NCBI GenBank assembly: GCA_963707405.1
Contig: CAVPPT010000027.1
Span: 1-64,000, forward strand
DNA: 64,000 nt
Direction of reading: 5' to 3'
Source of the DNA: an uncultured Planctomycetaceae bacterium
GTDB taxonomy: Bacteria > Planctomycetota > Planctomycetia > Planctomycetales > Planctomycetaceae
The translations under genes and the position numbers were made by a program. Shown here piece by piece: positions 17,254 through 27,546 of this stretch (its first letter is position 1; each line of letters opens with the position of its first letter). Under the pieces are notes generated by a model that worked only from the letters and a program-made list of their open reading frames with translations, ran no database searches and was not told where the DNA came from.

Positions 17254-20213
17254 TGTGGTTCAGGGACATCAGGACAGAGCGGACAGCCGGAGGCAGGACG
17301 ATCTGCATCATACCGCAGGAAGGCTGCACCGCGGGCGACGGTGACTACTCCCGTGAGGACGACGCACCATGCCGCCCACTGCAACAGTCTGCGCCGAGCC
17401 ACCAGCGAGAGCAACGAGGCTCCGAGTCCTGTCACGACCATCAGGGGAACGGTTCCCAGCCCAAACAGGCCCATGACGGCTGCACCTCTGCCGATGCTGC
17501 CGGTTGACGCCGCCAGCGAGAGAAAGGCATAGACCAGGCCGCAGGGCAGAAATCCGGTGAGAATTCCCGCCGCAAAGGCGTTTTCGAATCGTCCACCTCG
17601 CAACAGAGAGGCGAAGTGCGAACTGAACAGACAGCCTCCCGCTGCCACCGGCTTCGTGCCCCACAGCCGAATTCCTGCCGCCTTGAGACCTTCGATGATG
17701 AGAAACAGCCCCGCCAGCAGGCACAGCGCCGCGGGCAGCGTCTGCATCAACTGCGTGTTGAGTGTCAGCCGTTGCGCCAGCCAGCCCGCAAGCGCCCCGA
17801 GAAACACATACGTAGAGATGCGGCCGAAGCTGTAGACCAGCTGCACCTGGAGATTACGTTGCGATGACGGCTGTTCCACACCAATCATCAACGCGAACCC
17901 GCCGCACATGCCGACGCAATGCGACGAACCGAGGAATCCGCCCAGAAACACCAGCGGCAGTTCGATCACGGCCCGGCCTCCCTCGCGGGTTGTGGCAGGG
18001 AGCGCCCGCGCCTTGGTCATTTCGGCCGGCGGGCCGCTGTTCATCTCATCGCTGAGGGAGGTCGCGGTGGCACTCGGGGCATCCCGCTGATCGTACCGGT
18101 TCAACCTCAGCGAGTTAGCAATGACGATCACGCTGCTCATCAGCATCAGCCCGGCGGCCAGCGCCGGGTGCAGTGTGCCAGTGGTCGCGACGAGGACACC
18201 GACCAGATTATATCCAAATGCCCACGCCAGATTCTGTCGAATCGTCTTCACGGTCCGCTGGGCGAGGCCGACCGCCCAGGGGATTTGAGTGAGATCGTCG
18301 CCCAGCAGGCACACGTCCGCCGAGTCTCTGGCGATGTCGGTTCCGCAACCCATCGCAATGCCGACATCGGCGAGGGTCAGTGCGCCGGCATCATTGATGC
18401 CGTCGCCCACCATGGCCACCGGGCCGAAACCCCGCGCCTGTTCCACGTGCGCGATCTTCTGATCTGGCAGCAGTCCGGCTGAAACCGGGACCCGCAGTTC
18501 GCGAGCGATCTGATCGCCTCGTGACGGGTGGTCTCCGGTCAGGATCGCGATATCGAGGCCTTGCTCGCGGCACCTCTCGAGCGCCGCAGCGGCTTCCGGG
18601 CGAATGGTCTCCGAGAAAACTAATACCCCCCGCACAAGGCCATCCCAGCCAATCAACGTCAACGGATGACCCGCCGTTTCTTCCTGATCGAGGACGGCAC
18701 GCAGTCGGTCGGGAATCGTCAGCCCGGCGAGTGTCATGAGACGCTCGTTCCCCAACGCCGCGCGGGTTCCCTGGGTCGTGCCGCCATCTGTCGCGGGGAT
18801 TGCCCAGCGGCCGCTCACGCCCAAACCCGGTTGCTCCCGTCGATCGAGGATGTCAGGTGAGCCCGCCGGGAACGCCAGGCCGGACTGAATCGCCTGACAG
18901 AACACGTGGCGCGACCCGGCCGCCAGTTGAGCCGCCCGCTGCCAAATCTCTGAGTCATCCGTGCAACCGATGGAGTGGACCGCAAGGATCCGTGCCCGGC
19001 CCGTCGTGAGCGTACCGGTCTTGTCGAAACGGATCGCCTTCACATCGGCCAGACGCTCGAGTGCCTCGCCACTGCGGAAGATGACGCGTCTGCGGGCTGC
19101 CACGCTCAGCCCACTCCAGATGGCCAGGGGAGTGGCCAATCCCAGGGCACACGGGCAGGCAACCAGCAGCACCGATAACGCCGCCATCAGTCCCGCGCCC
19201 CAGCCGGAACGGACACCATGCACAATCAGGGTGACCAGCGAAACGCCGCTGACAAGCCAGAGGAACCAGCCTGCAGCCCGATCTGCCAGTCGCTGATACT
19301 GGCCCTGGGCCTCGCGGGCCGTGCGCAGAGCCTCGACCATCCGCGCCAGCGTCCCCTCGTCGGGACGTGCGGTCACGTGGACACGGGCTTCGGTCTCCAG
19401 ATTGAGCGCTCCGCCGATCGCTGGTTCGCCTGCCAGGCGTGTCCGCGGCCAGCCCTCGCCGGTCAGCACCTGCTCATCAATGACATGCGGACCTGTCAGC
19501 AACACGCCATCGGTAGAAAACCGCTCATGAGGACGAACAACGAGAGTCTGGCCCACGCCGAGGTCAGCCAGGGCAATCTCCTGCGTGCCATCCGCTGTCG
19601 CGATCGTCACCCGCGCAGGCAGCAACCGCTCCAGTTCATCGAGGGCAATCGCGGCGGTCAGCTTCCCGGTGGCTTCGAGCCAACGCCCGAGGACGATGAA
19701 CACGAGCACCATGCAGGCCACCTCGAAGTAGGTCGGACCGGCCCCCCGCATCACGGAGACCAGTGAATACGCATACGCCGCCATCACACCGGCGAGAATC
19801 AACAGATCGGTGGAGGCGATGCCCCGGCGGAAATCCGCCAGCGCAGCACCCAGAATCGGGCCGCCCAGCATGAACAATACGGGCAGCGACAACAGCAGAC
19901 ACAAGGAGCGCAGCAGTCCTGCCAGGGCTTGAGGCATTGGTGCGGTAGCATCGATCGCGTAGGCGTCATAACTCCAGAGGACGAGCGTGAACACCATCAC
20001 ATTCATCGACAGGAATATCGCCAGGCCCAGACGCGTCAACATCCAGCGGGCCTCGGCCTCGTTGCCCCCCGCGCCGGTGACGGAGGCCGCGAACCGGCAA
20101 CCAAAGCAGCAGTACCCCGGACCTGCATCCCGCTGGGACGCCTCCCTCTTCCAGAGCGGTTGCGAAAGTGGCAGACCACAATAATCGCAGGTCGCGTCGC
20201 TGCGCCGGGTCAT
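17250..20213 (-). CDS. ccoI: CcoI/FixI-type Cu+-translocating P1B ATPase fused to a C-terminal DsbD_2-like (HCxxMCGG / LPCG) 6-TM domain
   Basis: N-terminal CDYCGLPL metal site, CPC ion-channel motif (ACPCALGLATP), DKTGTLT phosphorylation site, GDGINDA. The C-terminal ~250 aa carry HCVGMCGGFALMIGV and GFLPCGLVYAFLSL, typical of the DsbD_2/cytochrome c biogenesis TM family. Confidence 0.8.
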   Translation of the reverse strand: MTRRSDATCDYCGLPLSQPLWKREASQRDAGPGYCCFGCRFAASVTGAGGNEAEARWMLTRLGLAIFLSMNVMVFTLVLWSYDAYAIDATAPMPQALAGLLRSLCLLLSLPVLFMLGGPILGAALADFRRGIASTDLLILAGVMAAYAYSLVSVMRGAGPTYFEVACMVLVFIVLGRWLEATGKLTAAIALDELERLLPARVTIATADGTQEIALADLGVGQTLVVRPHERFSTDGVLLTGPHVIDEQVLTGEGWPRTRLAGEPAIGGALNLETEARVHVTARPDEGTLARMVEALRTAREAQGQYQRLADRAAGWFLWLVSGVSLVTLIVHGVRSGWGAGLMAALSVLLVACPCALGLATPLAIWSGLSVAARRRVIFRSGEALERLADVKAIRFDKTGTLTTGRARILAVHSIGCTDDSEIWQRAAQLAAGSRHVFCQAIQSGLAFPAGSPDILDRREQPGLGVSGRWAIPATDGGTTQGTRAALGNERLMTLAGLTIPDRLRAVLDQEETAGHPLTLIGWDGLVRGVLVFSETIRPEAAAALERCREQGLDIAILTGDHPSRGDQIARELRVPVSAGLLPDQKIAHVEQARGFGPVAMVGDGINDAGALTLADVGIAMGCGTDIARDSADVCLLGDDLTQIPWAVGLAQRTVKTIRQNLAWAFGYNLVGVLVATTGTLHPALAAGLMLMSSVIVIANSLRLNRYDQRDAPSATATSLSDEMNSGPPAEMTKARALPATTREGGRAVIELPLVFLGGFLGSSHCVGMCGGFALMIGVEQPSSQRNLQVQLVYSFGRISTYVFLGALAGWLAQRLTLNTQLMQTLPAALCLLAGLFLIIEGLKAAGIRLWGTKPVAAGGCLFSSHFASLLRGGRFENAFAAGILTGFLPCGLVYAFLSLAASTGSIGRGAAVMGLFGLGTVPLMVVTGLGASLLSLVARRRLLQWAAWCVVLTGVVTVARGAAFLRYDADRPASGCPLCPDVPEPQ

Positions 20214-20386
20214 GACGGCGATGGCATCTCACTCTGAATGGCAGGCAGAAAGTAGGTAATGCCGTAGTAGATCGCGAAGATCCAGAACAGTACCCAGATC
20301 AGGCGCACGTACCAGGGGATGACACTGCTCGTGTAACTGTGGTGACGATGTTCCTGCTCGGGGGTGGTCTGTTCGACGGCTGACAT
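20210..20386 (-). CDS. Small single-TM membrane protein (58 aa), stop/start overlap with ccoI; possibly a CcoQ/CcoS-like cbb3 assembly peptide
   Basis: Translated by hand: MSAVEQTTPEQEHRHHSYTSSVIPWYVRLIWVLFWIFAIYYGITYFLPAIQSEMPSPS. The arrangement ATGA overlaps the ccoI start. This ORF is not in the supplied ORF list, which shows a different frame here. Confidence 0.4.
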   Translation of the reverse strand: MSAVEQTTPEQEHRHHSYTSSVIPWYVRLIWVLFWIFAIYYGITYFLPAIQSEMPSPS

Positions 20387-20438
20387 GTCTGCATTTCCTG
20401 TGGTGTCGTGGACCGGGACAGCGGCTCACGGATTATTC

Positions 20439-20783
20439 CTACTGATCGAGTCGACGTTCGTTCTCAAGCATCGTGTGTTTGGGAGCTTCCACGTCGTGGA
20501 ACATGCCATGGCCGATCGCCCAGATCAGCATGCAGAAGAATCCCAGACTCGCCAGCAGATAGTTAACCATCGGCGTGAAGGCGAAGGCTCCATCGGCTTC
20601 GCCTCTGGCCACGTGATAGAACTCGACGAACTTGTTCACGAAGCCGAGCATGCTCGGGATGAGAATCCCCACCGCCAGGATCAGAGTGACGATGAGTGTC
20701 CAGTTCACCCGGGGCGATGCAGGGGGGGCGGTGGACTTTGATTCGGGGGCGCGTGTGATCGCAGGGTCATTGAGCATTGGCAA
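20439..20783 (-). CDS. Small 2-TM membrane protein in the cbb3 cluster
   Basis: WTLIVTLILAVGILIPSMLGFV and LLASLGFFCMLIWAIGHGMF. It overlaps the ccoO 3' end by 17 nt. Confidence 0.45.
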   Translation of the reverse strand: MPMLNDPAITRAPESKSTAPPASPRVNWTLIVTLILAVGILIPSMLGFVNKFVEFYHVARGEADGAFAFTPMVNYLLASLGFFCMLIWAIGHGMFHDVEAPKHTMLENERRLDQ

Positions 20784-21459
20784 CCTCCTCTGGGGTCAGA
20801 GGCGTCGGGACGTAGTCTTCGTAATACGGATAGCTTTCCAGCCAGGAACCCAGCCACTGAATGTAGAGAATCAGCGAGAGCCCGCGCTCGTTCGGGTGAT
20901 CCGGTGCGCCGTCGAACAGCCACGGATAACTCGGCATCGGTGACCAGCCGATCAGCATGGTGGGTTCAAAGAAATGGACCGCGTGCCAGTCGCTGGAGCG
21001 TCGTCCCCCTTCGCGGCTGAGGTCGGGTCCCACGCGACGAGTGCCGAACATCACCGGTCGCTGCAGCTCGTTCTGATACTCTTCAGACTGTGACACGGGT
21101 CCCCAGCGGCGCTCTTCGTTGGAGACGGGTCGGACGAACTGGCTGTGACAGTGCCAGCAGCCTTCTCCGACGTATACCTTGCGGCCCAGACGCAGGGCTT
21201 CGGCACACTCCTGGGTCACCCAGGCCTCAGCCGCGGCATCATCCGCAGGTCGTTCCCCGAATGCCGCCTGGAATGGCTCCGGGTAGCGCTGTGCCAGGTC
21301 TTCGAACTGGTAGCGCAGGTTCGCATTCACTAGCTCTTCGGCCGTCTGCTCCGGGAGGTTGCGATAGATCAGCACGGGCACAATGCCGTTCGACAGAAAG
21401 GCGAACGCGAAGAACGCCAGTCCGGCAATGAAGAAAACACCTGATTTGCTCTCAAACAT
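20767..21459 (-). CDS. ccoO: cbb3-type cytochrome c oxidase subunit II (monoheme cytochrome c), CcoO
   Basis: N-terminal TM anchor, a single CWHCH heme motif, and CcoO-like length and sequence (YVGEGCWHCHSQFVRP...GPDLSREGGRRS..WH). Confidence 0.8.
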   Translation of the reverse strand: MFESKSGVFFIAGLAFFAFAFLSNGIVPVLIYRNLPEQTAEELVNANLRYQFEDLAQRYPEPFQAAFGERPADDAAAEAWVTQECAEALRLGRKVYVGEGCWHCHSQFVRPVSNEERRWGPVSQSEEYQNELQRPVMFGTRRVGPDLSREGGRRSSDWHAVHFFEPTMLIGWSPMPSYPWLFDGAPDHPNERGLSLILYIQWLGSWLESYPYYEDYVPTPLTPEEVANAQ

Positions 21460-21518
21460 GGGCGTGTTGCACTCAAGGAATCAGTGTTCAATGACAGTTC
21501 AGTCAGTCCGGGCGGGGA

Positions 21519-22984
21519 TCAGTCGGCGAAGCTGCGGTCAATGGCGGGGGATTCCACATCGAGCGTCTGGGAGGTCAGGCTCAGCCGCCACGTCTTGTAC
21601 AGGTTCCACACAAAGCACAGTTGACCGCCGATGATCGCCAGTCCGGCGACGACACGTACGACCCAGAACGGCTGCGAGACTGTCGATCGAGGCATCCCAC
21701 GGCTGCAGCGCCGCCCAGGACCAGCCCTGGAACAACCCGCCCAGAGTCAGGTCGCTGCCATCACCAGCATGCCCACGGCCGACAGCCAGTAGTGCCACTC
21801 ACAGAGCTCGCGGCTGTACCAGTCGACTCCCAGCAGGCGCGGGAAACAGATACGTCATGATGCCCAGCAGCCACATGCTGAACACGCCGAACATCACCAG
21901 GTGGGCATGTCCGACGACCCAGTCGGTGAAGTGAATCAGCGCCTGGAAGGTCAGCGTCACCTGCAACGCACACTGCAGAGCAGGTGAGGAAGTAGAACAC
22001 CATGCCGGTGTAGAACCAGCGAATCGGCAGGTTGGTCACGAACTCGCGGCCGCGAGCCCCAGATCGTGCCGAAGAAGTTGATGATCACCGTCGTCACGAC
22101 GAGTTCGACGGCGATCGTGGAGATGACGGCTCCGTACTGCAGGAACATCGGAATCGGCGTGTACAGGAAGTGGTGGATGCCCTGCAGCGGATAGAAGAAC
22201 GCCAGCCCCCAGAAGCCGACCAGCGACAGCCCGTGGCTCCAGATCGGCTTCTTCAGCAGGATCGGGCACGAAGTAGTACATCAGTCCCCAGCCCAGCGGC
22301 GTGACGAACAGCCCGACGAGGTCGTGAATGAACAGCCCGCCGACCGCCCCGGCGCTCGTTCCGGACACGAAGTACTGCGGGAACGAAGTTGCCCATCGCG
22401 TAGGTCAGAAACGTCCAGACGAACGCGGCGATGAAGTACCACAACGTGACGTACATCGGCCCGCTGCTGATGCATGATCGGTGCCATGAAGTTGATGGCG
22501 ACCAGCAGCAGGCCCAGCTGGGCCACCGGATCGATCCAGACCGGCGTCTCGCCCCATTCCAGCCCTTGAGCCTGGCCCAGCAGGATGCCGACCGCCGTGG
22601 ACGAGCACGACGACCTGCCACGCCATGAAGATGAACAACGACAGTCGCCGAGTCCAGCACCGGCCGCAGCGTCAGCCGCGGGATCACCCAGTGCAGCATG
22701 CCCAGAAAGGCGTTGGCCAGAAAGCCGTAGGCGATGGCGTTCGTATGGACCATCCGCCAGCGCCCGGGCGAGAACAGCTCGATCCCGTTCAGCGGATTGT
22801 GCCTGATGAGCTGAAACGCCATCAGGAATCCGCCGGACATGGACACCAGCAGGTAGGCCAGGGCCGCGAGGAAATACCAGCAGACGAGGCGCTCATCCAC
22901 GAGTTGCTCGTGGCGCGGCAGATCAGGCGGACGCGGTTCGCGGAGGCTGGTGTCGGTCGTCGGTTCGTCTGAATTGTGTGCCAT
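21519..22984 (-). pseudogene. ccoN: cbb3-type cytochrome c oxidase subunit I (CcoN) with at least 5 frame disruptions
   Basis: An authentic CcoN N-terminus (VCWYFLAALAYLLVSMSGGFLMAFQLIRHNPLNG...RMVHTNAIAYGFLANAFLGMLHWVIPRLT). The remaining helices then scatter over 5 overlapping ORFs in all three frames (22405..22638, 22036..22368, 21957..22148, 21761..22039). Confidence 0.65.
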
Positions 22985-23026
22985 AATCGATCGAAAGAGT
23001 TCGCGGGTGTGAGAGCCGTTCCTGAA

Positions 23027-23672
23027 CTACACCGGTGTCGGCCCCCGATAGGGAGTGAACTGACCCCAGGGATGTAGCAATGCAATGACCCAGCCAAAAA
23101 CGAGATGGGTGCCGGCAGCAACCCAGGGGGGGAGAACGGCTGGATCAGTGATCCAGTTGCCGCCGAAGAGCATGGGTTGCAGCCAGGCGAGTACTCCATA
23201 GAACCCGATCAGCCACAGGGCGATCGCGAGTACCGATGCGACCACCAGACGTTTGCCCAAGGGGGCCGCTTCTCCGCAGAATTTGACCATCAGCCAGTAC
23301 ATGGGAACTCCCAGCAGCATGCCGGTGGCGAGGTACAGGCAACACCCCATCGCCAGCTGCAACCCGCCGGTGTCGGAACTCATTTCCAGCGCCTGCTTTC
23401 CGAGCGGGAACGTGAGATAGACCCGGATCAACTCCAGCGGACTCTTACCGGCCAGAGGAGCCCCGATCACATTCGCCGTCAGGCTGACGGCAGCAGCGAT
23501 CGCCCCCAGCACGCTGCCCGTGCTGAGGTAGTAGGCGTTGTACAGGGTTTTCGGTGGCCAGTCGGACGCGGGTAACGGTTCGGAGCCGACCTCCGACTCC
23601 AATTGCCGCAACCGGGCGCGTAACGTGTCGAGTTCCGCCTGCCTGGCACTGATGTCACGCGGTTTGTTCATG
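23027..23672 (-). CDS. Hypothetical polytopic membrane protein between the diheme cytochrome c and ccoN
   Basis: The probable start is MNKPRD. There are 5-6 TM helices (VLGAIAAAVSLTANVIG, GCCLYLATGMLLGVPMYWLMV, ASVLAIALWLIGFYGVLAWL). Confidence 0.45.
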
Positions 23673-23736
23673 ATCGTGCGCGCTGATGACAAAGGGCAGT
23701 GGTCATTCGGTTCCTTCGTTGATCGCGAATTGAGGA

Positions 23737-24762
23737 TCAACCACCGCTGTCGGTTTCGGCCGACGGAAGATAGGGGGCCAGCGGACCCGGTGGCGGGCTG
23801 AGACCCTCGCGACGTCTGTTCGAAATCTCCAGCACATACGCGACAAGGTTCCAGAATGTCTCGGGCTCGTCTCGAAATGTATTCGCAAAGCTGGGCATCG
23901 GACTGACCCCCTGATAGATCCGTCGGTAGATGTCAACCGGGTCAGTCCCCCCATGCAGCATGCCGGACGTCAGGTCGGCGGCGCGGGTCGGATTGCCCCA
24001 GTCATCCTTGAGGTTCGACTTGAGATTCTCGGCAGTCAGGCCGCGACCATCCTCCCCGTGGCACTTCGAACAGAGTTTGAGGAACACATCACGGCCGGCC
24101 GCCACGTGTTCGCTGGTGAACACGGGTTGCGGGGTCAGTGGAGTGACTCGCTTCTGCTGTGCTTCTTTCCAGCGCGAGATCACCAGCGGTACGAGGTCGT
24201 CCTTGATCGCCTCCGGGTTGACCTCCTCTTCCAGTTCGGCGCGGAAGGCGATTTGCTCCTCAAGTTCCCCTCGCTGCGAAAGCACGAGCACATAGTCGAT
24301 GACGGAGCTAATCTCGTTTTCTGGAAGCAGCTTGAACGAAGGCATCGATGTACCACGAATGCCACGCTGGACGATATGAACCAGATCCTCCTTCAGTGGG
24401 CGCGAACCCGATTCGGTCGACGTGAACTTGAACAACCCCTTGCGATAATCACGCGGCTTTGGATAGAGGTACCTCGCTGCCGGCCCATTGCCATCACCGC
24501 TCACTCCGTGGCACTGCACACAGCGCTTCTGATACACCGCCTGCCCGACCTTGAGGGTTGAGGAGGCACGCCCGGGATCCGTAAACAGTTTGGGATCCTC
24601 GAATGTGCCCGAGTACTCACGGACCTGCTGGCGGACATCGGTCTGCAACTCCGCGGGGAGCTCCTGAATCGACGCGCGATACGTCCATTCCGGTTCTTGC
24701 TCGCGACCGCAGCCGCAGACGACGATCAGGGCCAGCGAGGCCGAAGTAATCGCTCGATGCAC
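23737..24762 (-). CDS. Diheme c-type cytochrome lipoprotein, a CcoP-like subunit III candidate
   Basis: Lipoprotein signal LALIVVCGCG and two CxxCH motifs (CVQCHG, CSKCHG). Confidence 0.7.
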   Translation of the reverse strand: MHRAITSASLALIVVCGCGREQEPEWTYRASIQELPAELQTDVRQQVREYSGTFEDPKLFTDPGRASSTLKVGQAVYQKRCVQCHGVSGDGNGPAARYLYPKPRDYRKGLFKFTSTESGSRPLKEDLVHIVQRGIRGTSMPSFKLLPENEISSVIDYVLVLSQRGELEEQIAFRAELEEEVNPEAIKDDLVPLVISRWKEAQQKRVTPLTPQPVFTSEHVAAGRDVFLKLCSKCHGEDGRGLTAENLKSNLKDDWGNPTRAADLTSGMLHGGTDPVDIYRRIYQGVSPMPSFANTFRDEPETFWNLVAYVLEISNRRREGLSPPPGPLAPYLPSAETDSGG

Positions 24763-25310
24763 AGCGCTCTTTCCGGTGAGAGGGGAAGTGGTACGGATTC
24801 CACGCCGCAGATCATCGGGGCGCTGAATCAGACTCGATCGATTCCTGAATCACATCGCTTTCCAGAGCCTGTCAGTCGCCGCGTCCCGAGCGTGGATGAT
24901 AACGATCTCGGCACGCAGCGGAAGAGATCGACGTCCTCCGAGACAACCGCATTTGGAAAATGGTCATCTGGACCGTTGTCCGCATAGATCGGTGCCAGGC
25001 TTTCGCCGCACTGCGAAGAGCAAATGCAAAGTGACACGGACCTTTTCGGGGCCGAGAATCGTCTCCACAAACCTATTGCAGCAGGGCGCGCGGTGTGCGA
25101 TGTGTGCGAATTGACACGCCCAGCCGATTGCAACTGAAACGCAATGGCTGTGGAGGAGCAAGCCTGAAAGGCGAGATGAACTCCGACAACTGGACGACCT
25201 CACTCAGGAATCTTGCGGGGCCGAAATAATGTCCGGCAAACCCCCGCGTGCGTTCCCCGACATCTGCCGTTTTTGCAGTCGAGACACAACGACCCGGCCG
25301 GGCATAACCG

Positions 25311-25898
25311 TTGTCGGGATTGACGAGGGCCAGTGGAACGGCCAATACTGAGAGCAGGCCCGACGCCATAATCGACCCCCCCATGGTTGCACTCGTTCAC
25401 AAGCGCAGACACTGCGCCTCGTCACTGGTCCGAAAGTCATTTCGGATCGCCCTCTTTGCCTGCATGTTTGCGTCGACCTGGCGGGCACCGGTTCCTTGGC
25501 TTCATCGACATTCCGACGTCATTCCTCTGGACAGCAGTTCGAATCTTGCGTTGCATTTGACGAATTGGCATACCACCGAGGATCACTCGGACGAGTGGCA
25601 CGTCCATTTTGCTCTGCTGGACGATATCCTGCGTGGCAGCGGAAATCCTGTTCCGCCCTGTGATGATCGAGATCAATCACAGCGACTTGTTACCGGAATG
25701 GCCGAACTCGGTGAGCACGCCCTATTGAACAAACTTGCGTCTTCAATCGAGTCACCGGCGGAGGGAACCGTCAAATCGGAACTCCCTGTTCCCTTCCACG
25801 GGACGACTGGCCGAAGCCGTTCGTTACGCGTCCAGTTCCTGAGCGACTTTGCCAGTTCTGGCCGTCTGCAGTCGCTGCTGCGCGTTGCGCAGTGTTGA
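25311..25898 (+). CDS. Hypothetical protein
   Basis: An open frame with no recognisable motifs. The start is uncertain, possibly MVALVHK or MFASTW. Confidence 0.25.
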   Translation: MSGLTRASGTANTESRPDAIIDPPMVALVHKRRHCASSLVRKSFRIALFACMFASTWRAPVPWLHRHSDVIPLDSSSNLALHLTNWHTTEDHSDEWHVHFALLDDILRGSGNPVPPCDDRDQSQRLVTGMAELGEHALLNKLASSIESPAEGTVKSELPVPFHGTTGRSRSLRVQFLSDFASSGRLQSLLRVAQC

Positions 25899-26010
25899 TC
25901 TCTCGCAGGCTTCCGCACAGGTCGGACGCCCCCTTTCGTGGTTGATGTTCACCACGCTCTGCGTCAGGGCCGTCCGCATTCAGCGTCTTTCGTTTGGCTG
26001 AGGTTGTCCA

Positions 26011-27544
26011 ATGCGCCCATCGTTCCTTCGAAGCGTTTCCGTCAAGGCCCTCATCATTTCCGCCTTGATCATGTCTGCGGTCGTTGTGGCGGTTGTGTAC
26101 GCCAAGACGTTGGTCCACCAACCCGAGCGCGACCGACACGGGAACGATTCTGCCGATAGACCGGCCTGCGTTGGCTTCTGGTGGTGCCAAGACGAACGTC
26201 AGCATCGTCACGCTGACGGAGGAAAAGCTGGCGTCAGCACAGATTCAGGTGGAACCGGCGACACTGGGCCGATCACTCATCACCACTACGTACCGGGCCG
26301 ACTGGCCTACGATGACAATCGACATATCGATGTGAAGTCACCAACGAGCGGCATTGTCACGGAGGTTCTCGTTAAACCCGGAGACGTGGTGAGGCGGGAG
26401 ACGTGCTCGTCAAGCTGACAAGCCCGGAGATCGGAGTGGCTCGTGCTGATGCACTGCAACGGAAAGCTCAAGCCCGGTTGTCGCAGGAACTGGCGGAACG
26501 AGCGGCAATGCTCAAGGAAAACGTGACGGCAATCGTCGCGGTCTGAAACGGGAACCGGACTTTGACGACTTGAAAGGTCAATTCGCAGGAGAACTACTCG
26601 GAACCTATCGCGACCAACTACTGGGGGCCTATGCCCGCGTGCAACTCGCGGAGAGTATGCAGCGGAATTCAGCGACTCTGGGCGTATCGGGTGCCTTGTC
26701 AGGCAAGACGGTGCAGGAGCGTCAGGCAGAGGCACGTGCCGCCCGGGTGGCACTCGATGCCGCGTGTGAGCAGGCTGGTCTGGATGTCTGGTTGGAACAG
26801 CAGCGGGCTGATGCCGATGCGCGCGACGCCCTGCGACGACTGGAAATCGCTCAGCAACATCTGGCCGCGCTCCTGATGAGTGACGTCGCCCTCCATCCGG
26901 AGACAAACAGGTCCACGATCGCGGAACCAGGCACAAGCCAAGGGAATCTGGAGGCACTGTCCACCGTCGCGGTGCGAGCCCCGATTGGCGGAACGGTAGA
27001 GGCACGTCTGCTCTCCGCCAGTGAGCGCGTCCAGGCTGGCAACACGTTGCTGGTGCTGGCGGACACACAATCGCTCTGGATCGAGGCCGACATCCGTGAA
27101 AACGACTGGGCCGCGGTCTCGCTGAGTGCCGGCCAAATGCTCACGATCAATGTTCCAGCCATGAATAATGCGGAGTTTTCCGCAACGATCGAATACATCG
27201 GTCGAGAAGTATCCACAGACACGAACTCCATCGCGATCGTGGCCGCGCTCGACAATTCGGACGGTCGACTGCGCCCTGGACTGTTCGTGCGTGTCGCCAT
27301 TCCCATGACATCGCGAAGCGATGTGCTGACGGTCCCCCTGGCGGCGGTACTGCGACATGACAGTGAGGCCTTTGTCTTCGCAGCACTCTCGGCTAACCAG
27401 TTCCGCCGCGTCGACGTCAGCACGGGTGACGAAGACGACGGGCATATCGAAATTGTGAGCGGACTCCGTGCCGGGGACCGCGTCGTCACTCGAGGTGCCT
27501 TCTTCCTCAAGTCCGAGCTCTTGCTGGAAAGTGAGGAGGAATAG
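26011..27544 (+). CDS. Efflux RND periplasmic adaptor (membrane fusion protein, CusB/CzcB-like), disrupted by at least 3 frame changes in its N-terminal third
   Basis: N-terminal TM anchor (ALIISALIMSAVVVAVVYA) and a biotin-lipoyl-like hairpin (IDVKSPTSGIVTEVLVKPGDVV). An intact C-terminal beta-barrel/MP domain lies in 26570..27544 (RAPIGGTVEARLLSASERVQAGNTLLVLAD). The stop is 2 nt before the CusA start. Confidence 0.6.
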
Positions 27545-27546
27545 CG

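Noticed and set aside
16589-17532. Several 180-270-aa ORFs on both strands
   Set aside because: They overlap the membrane protein and ccoI genes in wrong frames. The translations are Arg/Pro/Gly-rich with no domain signatures.
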